64,000 nt of DNA from Leidyana gryllorum EB-2025a (GCA_048772705.1 JBLWGC010000092.1:125531-189530); one strand, 5' to 3'; positions 22,433 to 35,135 are shown, numbered from the stretch's first letter. Notes: generated from the sequence alone by a model not told the origin. Translations and numbers: made by a program.

Positions 22433-22921
22433 TTAGGTCGCTGTGCAGGCGCATCGAGTCCCAGCGTCCTGTTGTCGAACAATGTCCATCAACTTGGTTG
22501 TGAGTGACGTACCACTGCTCGGAGGCCTGTCGTCCTCTTTGGCCCGCCCCACCGGCTTCTGTTTGGGCGGCTGTGGCGTAACATCATTGTAACCTCGACT
22601 GGGAGAGGTGGCTCCTGTTGCCCTCGTGTACGTGTGCCGAGTCAGGCGAGGCCGCGTCATCTGTGGAGGGGGAACTACATTGGGAGAGAGCGAACGCGTT
22701 CGGTTGGTTGCGGGGGTCTGAGCCTCTGAGTAGCCCGAGAGGCGACTCGTGGGGTCCAAGCTGCGTTCGGAGGTGTCCCCGTTTGACCTGAAGGCGGCAG
22801 ACGACCCCAAGCGCGGAATCGCGCCGGCTGATGGGGCATCTTCCAGGGTGGGAGATAACCCGCGGGCGGCGAGGTTCTCGTGATTGGCGGCGGCTCTGCT
22901 CCGGAGGCTCTCGGAGCACAT
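22433..22921 (-). CDS. Low-complexity Ser/Arg/Pro-rich coding segment (separate gene or distal NEK exon)
   Basis: 162-aa ORF with an upstream acceptor (ctttctcag) and internal donor; boundaries unresolved. Confidence 0.4.
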   Translation of the reverse strand: MCSESLRSRAAANHENLAARGLSPTLEDAPSAGAIPRLGSSAAFRSNGDTSERSLDPTSRLSGYSEAQTPATNRTRSLSPNVVPPPQMTRPRLTRHTYTRATGATSPSRGYNDVTPQPPKQKPVGRAKEDDRPPSSGTSLTTKLMDIVRQQDAGTRCACTAT

Positions 22922-23145
22922 CGTTGCATTGGTTTGCTGAGAAAGGCATAGTCAGGGATGGCACTGATTTCGGATGAGGGACACGCAACATCTGATGATG
23001 ATCCACACAAAGTGTCGGCGCCGCGTGACCATTCTCGCCACAACGTGAACTGACTGACTGATCAAACCGCCTCGCGAGGAGTCTCCTCGCAGTCTGTGTT
23101 GGCTGTGTAAAGTCAGCTCCTTCTCATCAAATGCGTTGTATTACG

Positions 23146-23172
23146 TGTGTGTGTGTGTGTGTGTGTGTGTGT
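23146..23172. repeat. (GT)n microsatellite
   Basis: About 13 GT units. Confidence 0.95.
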
Positions 23173-23472
23173 CTAGTCTGGAGGACCCGGAGAATAAATA
23201 GGCTGAGGCTCTCGCGGGGGGGAGCGAGCATCAGTCAGAGTCGCCAGCCAGGGCTTCTGCCCACTCAGTCAGTCGTTCAGTGAATTAATTTCAATGTTCA
23301 GTGACAATGTGTTCGTATATATATAGAGACAGACGTGGTATGTATATGCGTATGTATATACGTAAGCGAGCGAGCGAGCGTATAGGTCAACGGGTGCCCG
23401 CCATGAGATGCTCAAGAAGATCGAAGGATTCGGATGAGGAGAGGGGAAAGAGGGGTGGCAGCGTTTCGGCAC

Positions 23473-26337
23473 TTACGGGGAAGCTTGGAGAGTCGGAGTA
23501 TCTTTGGACAAGAGAGGTGCGGGCGATCTGTGGCCGTCTGGTGTTGAGCGTTTCGGCGGTGGCTGTGGTTGAGTATTTGAGGTAACTGTTCGCGCGGAGG
23601 AGGCGACAGGGCCCGAGGGAGAGGCGGATTGAGTTGTTCTCCGTGTCCGATCGGTAAAACGGCTGGAGGGTACGTCGTTCCGGGGTCGTAGCGTGGGGCG
23701 ACTGGGCGGTGCGGGTGTGTGATTTCGCTCGGAGGTGCGTGGAAATCTGCGCTGGAGTGCATTGGGCTTAAAACAGGGCGTACATACCGATTGGTCTCCA
23801 GACTGAGATCCTTGGGCCACGAAGGGGGGTGGCGGTAGCGGGACCGACATCTGCTGGAGGGGTCCGGATAAGAGGAGAGACTCTTCGAGACTGCTGGCGG
23901 ACTCCATGAGACTGTTACCAAACTGAGCGCTACGATTGGCGAAATCAAACGGCCGATCGCTCTGCGTGGGGTCCATGTGTGGCGGCGTGAAAGTCGGAGA
24001 CATCACCACACGGTGGCTTAATCTCTCAATACTTGATCGCGAGGGCGTGGCAATTTTGGGTGTAGCAATACCGTACGCAGGATACTCGTCATTGCGTTTA
24101 CCCATTCCCATCATAGCGGGGGCAGCGAGTGTCAATGTGTCAGGAGTACTGGGAGGAGCGGGTGGAAGGAGACCGGAAGAAGTGAGGGAAACCTTCTGAT
24201 TAGAGGACCCTTTGACCTTCTTGGGACTTGACCTTGATCGGCTGAGCTGTTCTAAGGCGGCAATCATATTTCTCTCAATTTGCAGACGTTGCAATTCACG
24301 TTCCTAAAGGTGGAAGTGTGGAGGGGTCGAAGTGTGGAGGGGTCGAAGGGTGGAACGGTGCAAGGCGGCGGCAATTGGCATCGAAACCGATTAGCTCAAA
24401 ACTGCCGGAGACCTACTTTGGTTGCTTCACGGAAGTTAATGCGCTCTGCCGTCGAAGGGATGAGCTTAACGGCTCGAGTTCGTTCATTCTTGTCGCCACT
24501 CATATAGACGTGTACTTCCCTCTGCTGTTGTAACACTGTTTCGGTCTCGGGTTCTCCGGGAGTGGTCGTCCGCTCGGTTTCAAGTGTCTCTTGTTCTTCG
24601 ACCATTAGCATCTTCATATTGGCAGACTGATCACTCCCTGCAGACCTTCGCCGAGTTGTCTTGATAACGCGTGTTGTGACCACTGCTCGCTTTCGGCGAG
24701 TAACTGTGTATCCTCCTTCAATGAGTGAATTGGTTCTGTCGGGTGATTTGGAATCTGCTCGGACGAGTCTCCGCGACTCTCTTTTCCGAGCAGGCGGAGC
24801 CGCTTCACCAGCTCCGATGGCATGACACAACGGTTTGCCCAGACTATACCTTCGCCAGTAATCGTGAAGATGCCGATACTGCGGAAACGAGTCTTCGTCA
24901 AACTCCTCCAATACTTCCCGAAACCCATTCCGTACGAGCGGTAAGGCCAGTATCTGAGATACTGAGGGTCGATTCTGAGGATTCACAGACAACATAAGGC
25001 ACGTCAGATCCAGAAAGACCAGCGCTTTCGACTCGACACCATGACTGCTGGAGTTGACGGAGTGACTCGGTACTCTGAACATCTTCCGCCACCGCGACTT
25101 GTATCGCTCGCGATCATTGTCATACGCCATAATGGACTCGTGAATGCGCTCCAAGTTGTCCTCGTGGAAAGCATGTTCTAACGTATAGATCTGAAATAGT
25201 ACACATCCCAATGACCAAATATCAGACTTTTCGTCGTATGGCAAATGCCGATGAATCTCTGGAGCCCTATATTCAGTGAGATTGAGATCAATACCAACTC
25301 GCAACGTACATAAAATACGGCGAGCCCACCAAAGTCTTGGCCATCTCGTCCGTTAGTTGCTTGGCAATGCCAAAGTCACCCAACTTAACCACACCTTTTG
25401 CAGTCAGAAATATGTTGCGGCTTTTGATGTCGCGATGCAGAATACGCTGACCGTGCACATATTTCAGCGCCAACAGCATCTGTATGAAGATCAGCCAACA
25501 ATCAATATCAGCAAAGTGTCCTGATCGACTCTTAAAGACGTCCGCCGCAAATCGAGGTGTGTCTCGGAGGGGTTCGTTGCTTCGCGCATTGTGCGGACTG
25601 TCCACTTGACCGTCTCGTAGCTGCGGAGTCTAAAGCAATGATCAACAAGATTAATCACAGTGTCTCGCAAACGATCAAAACGCGCGCGGACACACACACG
25701 CACTTACAGTCCGGTTGGCTAATCGCGGGTGTCTTCTGTGTATTTCTGAGTTCAAATCCCCCCCTTCGGCGTACTCCATGACAATGTGAACGACCGTTTC
25801 CGTGAAGAATGCCCGGGTGGTCCCGGGAGAGTTGTGAGCACCAATGTGAGTAGTATTACGTCGCTCTGTAACATAGTGGTCGTAGTATTTGACGATGTTG
25901 GGATGATCGACATCTTGGAGGAAGCGACACTCGTTGAAGGCTGACCTTTAAAGATGTGAAAGAGCACAAGTTCAACTTGAGCAGCTCTCACCGCATCTTG
26001 GGAGTCATAACATCCTCAACTCTTCCGCGATCCTTTGCAGCTGGAATCGAAAGGGCAAAGATGCGATAGCTTACGGCTGCTTACCACCGCGCGATTGAGA
26101 TGTCGTTTGCACCTGTTTGATAACAACCAAACCGCCGAGTTTCAAGTCCTCAGCCAAGTAGCAGACCCCGCATGACCCCCGGCCTATTTGTTGCCCGAGA
26201 CGATATCGTTTGCTCTCTTGTTCGATATCTTCTGGGAGATCTGTAGACGTCACCCATCGATCCTTCTTTGAGAGTTCTGTCCCTCCCCCGCCGCCAGGCG
26301 AGCTTCGGAGGGGAGTTGCGTTTCCTGGGACTAACAT
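23473..26337 (-). CDS. NEK: NIMA-related (NEK) Ser/Thr kinase with long disordered tail
   Basis: [46 protein letters not shown]|[17 protein letters not shown]; multi-exon; 3' end uncertain. Confidence 0.92.
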
Positions 26338-26410
26338 TTATCTCTATTGTTCGTCTCTGCTCTCTTTAAAGCATGATAGTTGGGCAAAATTCATTCTCAA
26401 GTGTATAAAA

Positions 26411-29400
26411 CTAAGACTGTCTTTCACGGGGCAAAGGGACTGCGCCAGCTAAGGGGCGAACACCTTCGGGCCCTTTCAATGTGGGATTTCGGAAGAACAG
26501 CTTGGAATCTTGTGACCTGAAGGTCGACAACTGCGGAGGCACGGGAAGTGCTGGCGAGGTCGGGGGCTTAGCAGTGGTCGTGCCGTCATCGGTGCTGCTC
26601 GGGAAGCCGAAGAGGGGATTCAATGGCACGAAAGACAGGTCGTGCGATTGGGCATACAAATCACCAAGCGCTTCGGCAACCTCCATCCCCGCCAAACCCA
26701 GCAATCTGTCAATGAACTGCTGGTGGATGAGAATGAGGGGCAAATCGTTCCGCTTCCGGCCGAAAGGTTGCTGCATCGCTATCACCGCCAGAAAGATTCC
26801 GTGAAACAGTCCAGCTGTAACTCCTGTAAGCACCAGGGCAAATGACAAACTCGGGGCAAAAGCAGCAATGCATATTGGGGAGATGACCAGAACGATCAAA
26901 TCCGACCATCCCAGACTCTGTTGGAGACTGATTGGCAGTCGATTCTCCGCGCATCGCCGAGCCCCAGCATAGTTCAAAAGGGCTAAATTCATTTGAGCCC
27001 AAATTTGAGCCGCAATAGGAGGAGCAGCACGAATACCGCCATTCAGATGGCGATTCGAAATGGCCACATTCATCCAATGAAACACGGTGTTCGGCTGGTC
27101 ATGAGATTGTGCTAACGCCGAGCTCTCTTCCTTAGTCAACCCTCCTGAATAGATCTCTGTTGCTCAAGACAGACTCATGATACACCTACCCAGAACCTCT
27201 AGAGGAACAGAAGGGGCTCGATCCACCGTGAGGAGATTCTGAATTGCAACTGCGTGGAAGATCGACATCACGTGAAGGACTTGAGCGTGAAATGTTGATG
27301 ATGTTACTCCCTCTTGTACGGAGTCTTGGTCAAAGGACATTATCATTGATGCAACGTGCAACAGGTACTGCGACATATCAGTGAGCTTGGTTATGCTCTC
27401 CCAAAAGCGCGTGTATGCCATGTTGACGGCGAAAGCTAAAATCAGACCGGCAGTCTGCAGCAACAAAAGTCATTGGAAAATCGACAGGGCAATACACGCG
27501 TGTGTCACACAACAATATAACGCGCACACGCCGTATGGACACCACATAGGTCACTATCGCCATTCAGACACCGACAGAACGAAGATTGTTACAAGCAATC
27601 GCGTTTTACGATATCATGCATCGCCGATTGGCGAGAATTATGTACAGACGATCCGTCCGAGCGCGTTAACGAGCTATCACCAGTCAAAGCATTGGGATTT
27701 TTCGATGACTTGGTCGCCGTGGCCGTGGAATTGGAAATCCCAAACATGTCTCACGCCTTCGGAAACAGAAGTATAGCTGGCGGTAGTTTTCGGTCAAGAT
27801 CTCTTCTTGATATATGGGGCGGTGACTCTTCCGCCTACATGATAGGTGTCTCTGACGGAAAGCGTGTCGACGCTAGTAACATGTGTTGGGCCCCCAACAC
27901 ACGTCAGGGTACAAATAACGTCATTGAAGTGTTTGAAGACGAGCGCTACTACTCCAAATGCCCAAAGGACAATACGTTTCCAATCTCCACCTCACCTCCT
28001 CGACCACGGGCGTGCCAACCAGCACACCGACCAACCACTCGTCGGCCCTCCGTCCCATCACCACGCAGGAATCCACGACCGCCACTGAATGTCGCAGCGG
28101 GGACGAACAGGAAGGCGATGGACTCGACCCTCAAACGAAGACACATCAGTATGGCTTCCAAATCGCGATATATTTCTCGCGATCTGGAGAGCCCGAGAAG
28201 ATATCCTCTGAAGATGCCCGATTTGCCACCAGAGATAGCTGGACCGTGGTACGCAGCAGTACACAGCAAGTCATCTTCGAACAACATGACAGGATGGGAA
28301 CACACAGCGATGGAGATTCCACCCAAGCGCAGGCGTGCTTGCTTTGAGCGACCACCGGCTGCTCCAGAGAGGGCGAAGGCCTCCGCAGGAGCCGTCAGAA
28401 CAACGCCGACCGGCCCGACGACCGCCAGCGACAAGCCGCACAGCGGTTTTGCCAACTTGTCGACTTCCGGTCGGCTGACGGGTGTCCCGCCAGCATCCCC
28501 CAAGCCGGAACCCAAGAAGGAGGAGACCAAGAAGGAGCCGGAGTCCGAGATACCGGGGCCCAAGAAAGCGGAGGCCAGGAGAGCCGAGCCCCAGAGACCC
28601 GACCCCAAGGCACCAGAAGCCAAGAAGGAAGAGGTTAAGAAGGATGAGGTCAAGAGGGACCTAAGTCCTACTCCCATGGTTTATCGAGCGGTATGGAGCC
28701 GGAGTCCCGCGAGGCACGCTGTCGAAACTCCGATTATCTCTCCCACATCCTCAAGGGAGGAGGGAGAAATGACAGACTCCGCCAAGTTCCACAATACAAG
28801 TACACCTGCCGTTTCGCAATCTCCGGGGGTCGGGTTGAGCGGTCCGCCATCTTCAGGATCTCCGGGGGTCGGGTTTAGCGGTCCGCCATCTTCGGGATCT
28901 CCGGGGGTCGGGTTTGGCGGTCCGCCATCTTCGGGATCTCCGGGGGTCGGGTTTGGCGGTCCGCCAAGTCTGGATCTGGCTTTGCCCGGGTTAGCCGTAT
29001 CCCCGCCGAGGCGCCTTCTTCAACCTCAACTGCGAACGCTGAGCTCAATCATTCGTGAGACTCAGCCCGCTGCGCCGAAACCGCGGGCGCATGCTGCTGC
29101 AGGAAGGGCTGCCCCCGTTTCCTCTGTTCGCGAAGTTCGTATCGAGTCGCCCAAACCGGTAAGAACGGTCACAAGACGGCCTGGAGACGGAGAGCCACCT
29201 ATTCCCCGAGATCTCGGGAACTTGTCGTGGGACGCAGCTCGCAAATCAAATCACCGATTCAAACATAGCATAGGTCCAATTCTCGTGCGAGCTCCAGTGG
29301 TGGGCCAATCCGCACCGGATGCCTTATCGACATCTCCGGGGACCCATAATGAAATATGGCTACTGAGCTCCGAAGAGGAGGATGAGCCCCAAGAGTCTGA

Positions 29401-30066
29401 CGGCTCCCATTCAGAAGAGTTTGAGTACATTCCGACTACTGCTGGTTTGGCAGGCTTGAAGCATACATCCGATTTTGTAGTCATGACTCCCCCCAAGGTG
29501 AAGATTCCGAAACGGAGACAACGGTGAGGTCAGCGACTCGCGCATCCGTTGTCACACCGTGGATTCGGGGATGTCTCTCATATATTGCACAACAGCCAGC
29601 CAGAGAGCGACAGAAGTTGTCGTTTGATCGTCATCAACCACCACGTATACATACATTGACTGGTACACATTAGGATAGAACGACGGGGTTCCCACTCGTC
29701 ATATTGCAGTCGAGTAACGAACGAACGAACGAAGTCACAATCGTAAGCGCAGTAAGGTAAGTTTGGGGAAGGAGACACACACAGGCACATTATGTGGGGA
29801 GAGCAGTGCTGTTCGGATTGTCCACCTACCTGTAGGAAGAAACTGTAGATGGTGGGGTTGAGGATCATAAATGTGGGTCTCGCATACTCTATGTACACCC
29901 AACAGAGGAACACCGAGGCTGCGATACCCAGGAATGCTCTTGGGTAGATGGTCCCTTGACCACGGAAGAGCAGGATCCATTGGTCATACCATTTCCGTAA
30001 GCGATACTGACTGGAAACTGGTTCATTGATGGTGTCCATAGCTTTTCTCTTAGTATGGTGCTTCAT
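26411..30066 (-). CDS. Bestrophin-family (YneE/VccN-like) anion channel with 2375-nt first intron
   Basis: Exon 1 30066-29830 (LLFRGQGTIYPR..FFLQ) spliced in phase 0 to 27454 (TAGLILAFAVNMAYTRFWES); later AAPPI, ENRLPISLQQ, IAMQQPFGRKRNDLPL motifs. Confidence 0.88.
27692..29527 (+). CDS. Intronless Pro/Ser/Arg-rich protein nested antisense in the bestrophin intron (first ATG 27746)
   Basis: 611-codon ORF entirely inside intron 27455-29829; codon-periodic Lys/Glu/Pro repeats. Confidence 0.75.
   Translation: MGFFDDLVAVAVELEIPNMSHAFGNRSIAGGSFRSRSLLDIWGGDSSAYMIGVSDGKRVDASNMCWAPNTRQGTNNVIEVFEDERYYSKCPKDNTFPISTSPPRPRACQPAHRPTTRRPSVPSPRRNPRPPLNVAAGTNRKAMDSTLKRRHISMASKSRYISRDLESPRRYPLKMPDLPPEIAGPWYAAVHSKSSSNNMTGWEHTAMEIPPKRRRACFERPPAAPERAKASAGAVRTTPTGPTTASDKPHSGFANLSTSGRLTGVPPASPKPEPKKEETKKEPESEIPGPKKAEARRAEPQRPDPKAPEAKKEEVKKDEVKRDLSPTPMVYRAVWSRSPARHAVETPIISPTSSREEGEMTDSAKFHNTSTPAVSQSPGVGLSGPPSSGSPGVGFSGPPSSGSPGVGFGGPPSSGSPGVGFGGPPSLDLALPGLAVSPPRRLLQPQLRTLSSIIRETQPAAPKPRAHAAAGRAAPVSSVREVRIESPKPVRTVTRRPGDGEPPIPRDLGNLSWDAARKSNHRFKHSIGPILVRAPVVGQSAPDALSTSPGTHNEIWLLSSEEEDEPQESDGSHSEEFEYIPTTAGLAGLKHTSDFVVMTPPKVKIPKRRQR
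28820..28975 (+). repeat. 39-bp coding tandem repeat x~4 (SPGVGF(S/G)GPPSSG)
   Basis: Units begin at 28820, 28859, 28898 and 28937; near-identical, with the last degenerate. Confidence 0.9.
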
Positions 30067-30197
30067 CTGATCAGTTAGTTGATGAGTTTAGAAAAACAGA
30101 GGAGCAATTCGTTTCCTCTTACACCACGCTTCGATTAGATTCACAAACGAGTGCGGCTTCGCCGCCAGCCCCGAGGCGGCCCTCGCGGCAGCCGCCT

Positions 30198-31538
30198 TTG
30201 GGTAGGAAGACGAGTGTCATTCGAAACCCAAACCCGTTGGGTGATGGCACACCGCTCGCGTCAAGCCGTGCGTCCCCGCAGACGGCTCGATCGGTGAGTC
30301 GAGCGGCCTGGCGCGATGTTTCTCCCCCTCGATCGGATCGCCGATCGGTAGGAGGAATACCCACGACTTTGACCGACCCCCACAGACGATGGGAGATGGG
30401 TCGGCCGGTTACGGTGACGGTGTGGTCCGAATTGGTATTGGCAACGGGCCGGGTTCGGCAAGGCTCGCTAGGCGGGCGTACTAACCGGCTGGGATCGGTT
30501 TCTACAGAGCCGGGAGCGACGTTTCAAAATGCCTCGCCTCGACCTCCACGGGGGGAAGGTAGTTCTATTGGTCTGTCTACGCCCGAGGTACTGGTTCGTG
30601 GGGTCGAGATATCGATGCAGGAAGGTGCTGGGAGGTTCGTTGGCTTCATATTGAAGAGGAAGCCGCGCGGCAATGCAATGCTACCACAGATCCGTGTTGG
30701 AATCCCCGAAAGTTGCTCGGATTTGGCAGTGAGTGAGAGAGCGTGGGCTTATCTGGTCGCCTCTCGAGACCGTCAACTGCACGTTGGAGCCATTAATTTG
30801 CGTTCGTTGTTCTCGCGGGTGTCCAACTACACTGCTGAGAACATCAAGCGAGTACGACACGAGGCGAAAGTTCAAGGTTACTGGCCGCGTTGTCGAATTG
30901 AAGCGGAAACACACAACGAGTCGGATGTTATCTGGCTTTGTCATTATGAGAAGAGCGCCTCCAAGTCTGAGACGGGATTGGATGGGCCACGGCGTGGACG
31001 CATCCGTCGTGATCTGTGCGTTTCATCTGGCGGTCTGAATTCTCCGCACTTGTGGCGATTCTTCTCGGAGACTACGGGGTACAAACACCTCTACTGGTCA
31101 ATTCGTCGATTTACGCGTCAACTGCAGAAACATTACTTCCATCACGCACCGAGCGAGATGACTCCGCCACAGATGATGGTCCACCAGTGTATTGGAGTGG
31201 TGGGACCTGAGGCCGACTGGCGAGCCAAACTCGCTCCCCGCAATTTCGAGAAGGCCGCCTTGAGAGCTTCAATGTCCCTCCAGCACGATCACGATTCTAC
31301 TCCGAGTCCGGCGTCCACTGCTGCGAGTTCTCCTGCCGCTTTGTCACCAATGGGTCAGCCTCTTCCACCTTGCTGGACCGATGAAGGTCCCACTTTCGAA
31401 AACCCCCCTCCGGCTATAATGTTAAGACGAGCCAAAGAGACTGACAGGGTATATCAAGGAGTTTGGAGTCCCATTGAGGAAGTATTTGGCACTGACACTA
31501 AACTCTCAAAGTCTAACTCGAGTCTCACTACACAGTAG
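30198..31538 (+). CDS. Hypothetical protein
   Basis: 446-codon ORF; first in-frame ATG about 30396; no recognised domain. Confidence 0.6.
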   Translation: MGRKTSVIRNPNPLGDGTPLASSRASPQTARSVSRAAWRDVSPPRSDRRSVGGIPTTLTDPHRRWEMGRPVTVTVWSELVLATGRVRQGSLGGRTNRLGSVSTEPGATFQNASPRPPRGEGSSIGLSTPEVLVRGVEISMQEGAGRFVGFILKRKPRGNAMLPQIRVGIPESCSDLAVSERAWAYLVASRDRQLHVGAINLRSLFSRVSNYTAENIKRVRHEAKVQGYWPRCRIEAETHNESDVIWLCHYEKSASKSETGLDGPRRGRIRRDLCVSSGGLNSPHLWRFFSETTGYKHLYWSIRRFTRQLQKHYFHHAPSEMTPPQMMVHQCIGVVGPEADWRAKLAPRNFEKAALRASMSLQHDHDSTPSPASTAASSPAALSPMGQPLPPCWTDEGPTFENPPPAIMLRRAKETDRVYQGVWSPIEEVFGTDTKLSKSNSSLTTQ

Positions 31539-31556
31539 ATAAAAATCATTTTGGTC

Positions 31557-33145
31557 ATGACTTGTACGTATTTCAATCAACAGAAACTTCTCGCTGCCTA
31601 TTATGGTGACCTTAGAATGATGTACACTGTACTCAGTACCCCCACCGGCAGGTCAATTGTTCCCCTATGATCTCGTCTTTTCATGGCTGAATCCGGGAGG
31701 GGCTCAAGCTGCCCCGCCCACCCATCGGGAGATCGGTATCTTTATGCAGAAGGAGGACAAGAAGGACATTATTCGACGATGGCTGAGCTTCGCAGACCCA
31801 CAGGCGTTGCGGACGATCCTTATGGATCACAAACCGATGCCTCACAAGTTTGACATTGGCGCTGTCTACACCAAAGCAATAAGCGACCGCGACAATATCA
31901 TGTTGGCCGACAGACCCTTCTTCCCACTATCTCGGGAGTTCGTTCTCGATATCGATATGGACGATTACGACGAGATCCGGACCTGCTGTGAAGGCAAAAA
32001 GGTCTGCATAAAGTGCTGGCAGTATTTGGCAGCAGCGGCCCAGCTGTTAGACCGAACACTGAGGGAAGGTAAGATTGGATCAATCAATCCAGTTGCCACG
32101 TCTATTAACTATCACATCATTCTTCTGGTTCAAAGATGCCGGCTTCTCGGAGATCCTGTGGGTGTTCTCGGGCCGTCGCGGTATTCATTGTTGGGTAACT
32201 AATCAATTGGCCAAGAAAATGAACGCTGAGACACGCATTGGACTGGCACAGTATCTCGTCCTCATTCCGGTATCTGTTCAGCCTCACCGTCTGGCCGTAA
32301 CACTTGGCGCAGAACACCAATCGGATGGCTGGATTCAAAATTAATGGACGCTATGAGCGGTGAGTGATACTCACACTCCGAGGGAGCAAAATATTCCCTC
32401 TCTCTTTCTCCGTTATACAGCCGGGCGCTGGAAGTCCTCAAGCCGTATTGGCCCAAAATCCTTCGGGAACAGAATTTGTTCTTCCATGAAGGCAAAGGCG
32501 ACAAGATTCGAACGCGGATTTATGATCAACTCGCGCAACTCTGCACCGGCGTCGACAGTGAGCGACTTGACTTGGTGACTCCTCCATTCGCCTCACCTCC
32601 CCCCCCCCCCGCAGTCCCGGCGATGCTCAAAGAGTTCCGCACTGGAGGATCGTGCTGGGGTGACAGCGAAGCGCTGTGGGCTGAGGTGGGAGTCGAATGA
32701 GTTTGTGTGTCTCCACCTTGTGCCCCCCCTGTGCGCAGACTGAAAAGTTCCTCAAGTCAAAGAGCACTCCCCAGAGATCATATGAAGACGCCTGTAGCTT
32801 TGTGATGCTGACCTGTTTGCAGCCGAGGTTAGATATAGGAGTATCGAAGGTACGTCTGGATGTCTCGATTTTGGGTGTGTGAGGTTGGCTGCACTGCAGG
32901 AAATGTCCCATCTGCTCAAGTCTCCCTTCTGTGTCCATCTGGCCACACTGAAGATCTGCTGCCCACTTCAGATAGACCAGATCGATCGATTTGATCCCAA
33001 CTCAGTCCCCACACTCACACTGCAGCTTGTCGGCGATCAGAGAGAGCAGGCGCTGGAAGAGTTGCGGAGGCTCATGGATCCCTACAAGCAGATTATTCTT
33101 AGCGTCATAGACCAGCAGAGGAAGAATAGGAATTCTACAGCTTAG
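31557..33145 (+). CDS. PRIM1: DNA primase small (catalytic) subunit
   Basis: YYG|QLFPY, HREI, PHKFDIGAVY, REFVLDIDMDDYDEIRTCCEGKKVCIKCW, LWVFSGRRGIHCWV, PRLDIGVSK, HLLKSPFCVH. Confidence 0.97.
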
Positions 33146-33162
33146 GTATTTTCAAGTCGACA

Positions 33163-35135
33163 ATGTCTAACGCCCCTATTGAACTCGAAGTACTGCTAGA
33201 ACTCCCCCAGTATCGTCACCATCACGTACCATGCTATCCTGGCAACCTGTGGGTCATCGATATGCTGATCAAAGAGAAGATGCGAGCCGTCATGATCGGC
33301 GACCATGAGTACGCGCGTGCCCTCGAAGAGGTGAGCTGAGACCGCTCCCACTTATTGCCACCTACCTACCTACCTACCTGCAGACCAAACTCTCAATATG
33401 TCGATATCCCTTCAAGATTCGTAACTTTGCGAGACTGCCGTTGATGGGAATGACAAAGCGCGTACGCGACTATCTGATGAAGTGAGCGCACTCACAGAGA
33501 TTCTGGACCAATTCAATCCCCCACTCAGACAGCCAAACTATGGCGATCGTGTCCACGTGTCTGAACGTCTCTGGAGTCGGTGGTTTACAAAACGGGCTGA
33601 AATGGCGGCCACAGCGGTGGTAAGAAGTCCCTTTGAGTGTCACAATTCTTGTGACTAATCTGCTTCAGCGCGATCTGATTCGTGTCAGTGATCTCAAGAG
33701 CATACCGATCGCCAATCCAGAAAGCCCCAATATGGCGTGGCCAAAGATTCTTATGTATCGAGCCCAAGTGGGCGAACTGGACAAAGCGGACAAAGCGGCC
33801 AAAGTGGGGAGTGTTAAGGTGAGTTGGCGAGACAAAAAGGAGAATAGGCACTGCTCTGCTTCGCAGCAAACGGACAACAAAGCCAATCCTCCTCCTCAAC
33901 AACGAAAGAGTTTCCAGCGACTGTCCAGTAATGGATTGGAGGTCGACATTCAGGAGTCGGAACCCGCACCCCCCCTGATGATCCCCGCCCCATTGAGCAC
34001 CTCAAAACGTGTCAAGAATGCCGCCTCCAGTGGGGCAGTAACACCTCCAACCACCACCAAAGCGGCGACGAAAGGCTCTGGCAGCAACAGGGCCGAAAGT
34101 CAAAAGAAAAAGTCGGCTCAGGACAGCAGTGCTGCGGCTAAGAGTGGAAAGGAGGAAGTCGAGTCGAACAACAGACGGTCCAAGAGAGAGACCCCAGCAG
34201 CTGCTGCGACCCAACCTGTTGCGGTGCCCGCCAAGGAGACGGCCGGCAGCAAAAAGAAGATTAATCGGGCCAACACTCAGACGTTGGCACCCACAACTTC
34301 GTCTCAGAGGACGGGGCTGAGGAAAGGTCGAAGCGATGTCACTGAGTTGTCGTCGCTTACACGCGGCAACGCGGAGACTTCTGGTGTGGAGGAGAGTATC
34401 GATGAGGAGTCGACATCGCTACAGAGCGGCACTGAGACGAAGAGCGCCACCAAGGCCAAAGCGACAGCCAAGTCGAAGGTCAAAGCAAAGGCAAAGCCAA
34501 AGCAAATGACACTGAAGACTCGAACGCGTGTGATCCACGCTGTCTATGATCCCGAGGAATATGAGGCTATGCAAAATGCCAGTGACTCTGTTTCTGATGA
34601 ATCATTTCAGCTGGACCCCGATGGCACCAGTGGTAGCGATAGTGGAAGTGAGGTGGGCGGCCGAGACTCGATTCTCAGCAATATGGGGCCACACACTGAA
34701 GAAGAGTCGGAGAGCATCGCGGAGAGCGGCAGTGTGAGTCTGCCGCTGCCAACCCCTCCGCCGACTTCGGCCGCGCCCAAGTCGAGGGGACGACCAAAGG
34801 CCCCGGCAGCGACCGCAAAGGCGACGAAGGGTACTGGGGCGACCCCGACAGACCGCGGTACTGCCGCCAAGGGCCGCCAGCAGGAGAGTGATGACGGGAT
34901 GGAGGAGGAGGTGGCTGCTCCTGCGTCGCCGCCCAAGAAGAAGAAGACGACGACACGCAAGGCGGAGAAGGAGGCCGTGGAGGTGAGGAAGAAACAGACT
35001 AAGACGGGAGGTGATGGAAGTCGTCGGAGTGTGGAGGGGTCAATGTACCAAACAAAGTTGAGTATCGACTCAACTGGGCACAAAGGAGGTCCAGCAACCC
35101 GATCCACAGCAGCTAAGGGGAAGAAGAGAGGTTAA
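33163..35135 (+). CDS. MUS81 N-terminal HhH-like domain plus long Lys/Ser/Thr-rich region (5' part or separate gene)
   Basis: CYPGNLWVIDML..ARALEE|TKLSICRYPFKIRN..MGMTKRVRDYL resembles the MUS81 N-HhH; spliced into the 500-aa ORF ending TAA 35135. Confidence 0.6.

Noticed and set aside
28820-28975. 39-bp repeats as CRISPR-like array
   Set aside because: No unique spacers; unit length is a multiple of 3 and lies within an ORF.
27455-29829. Intronic insert as an autonomous transposon
   Set aside because: No transposase, RT or integrase motifs; no TIR/LTR visible by eye.
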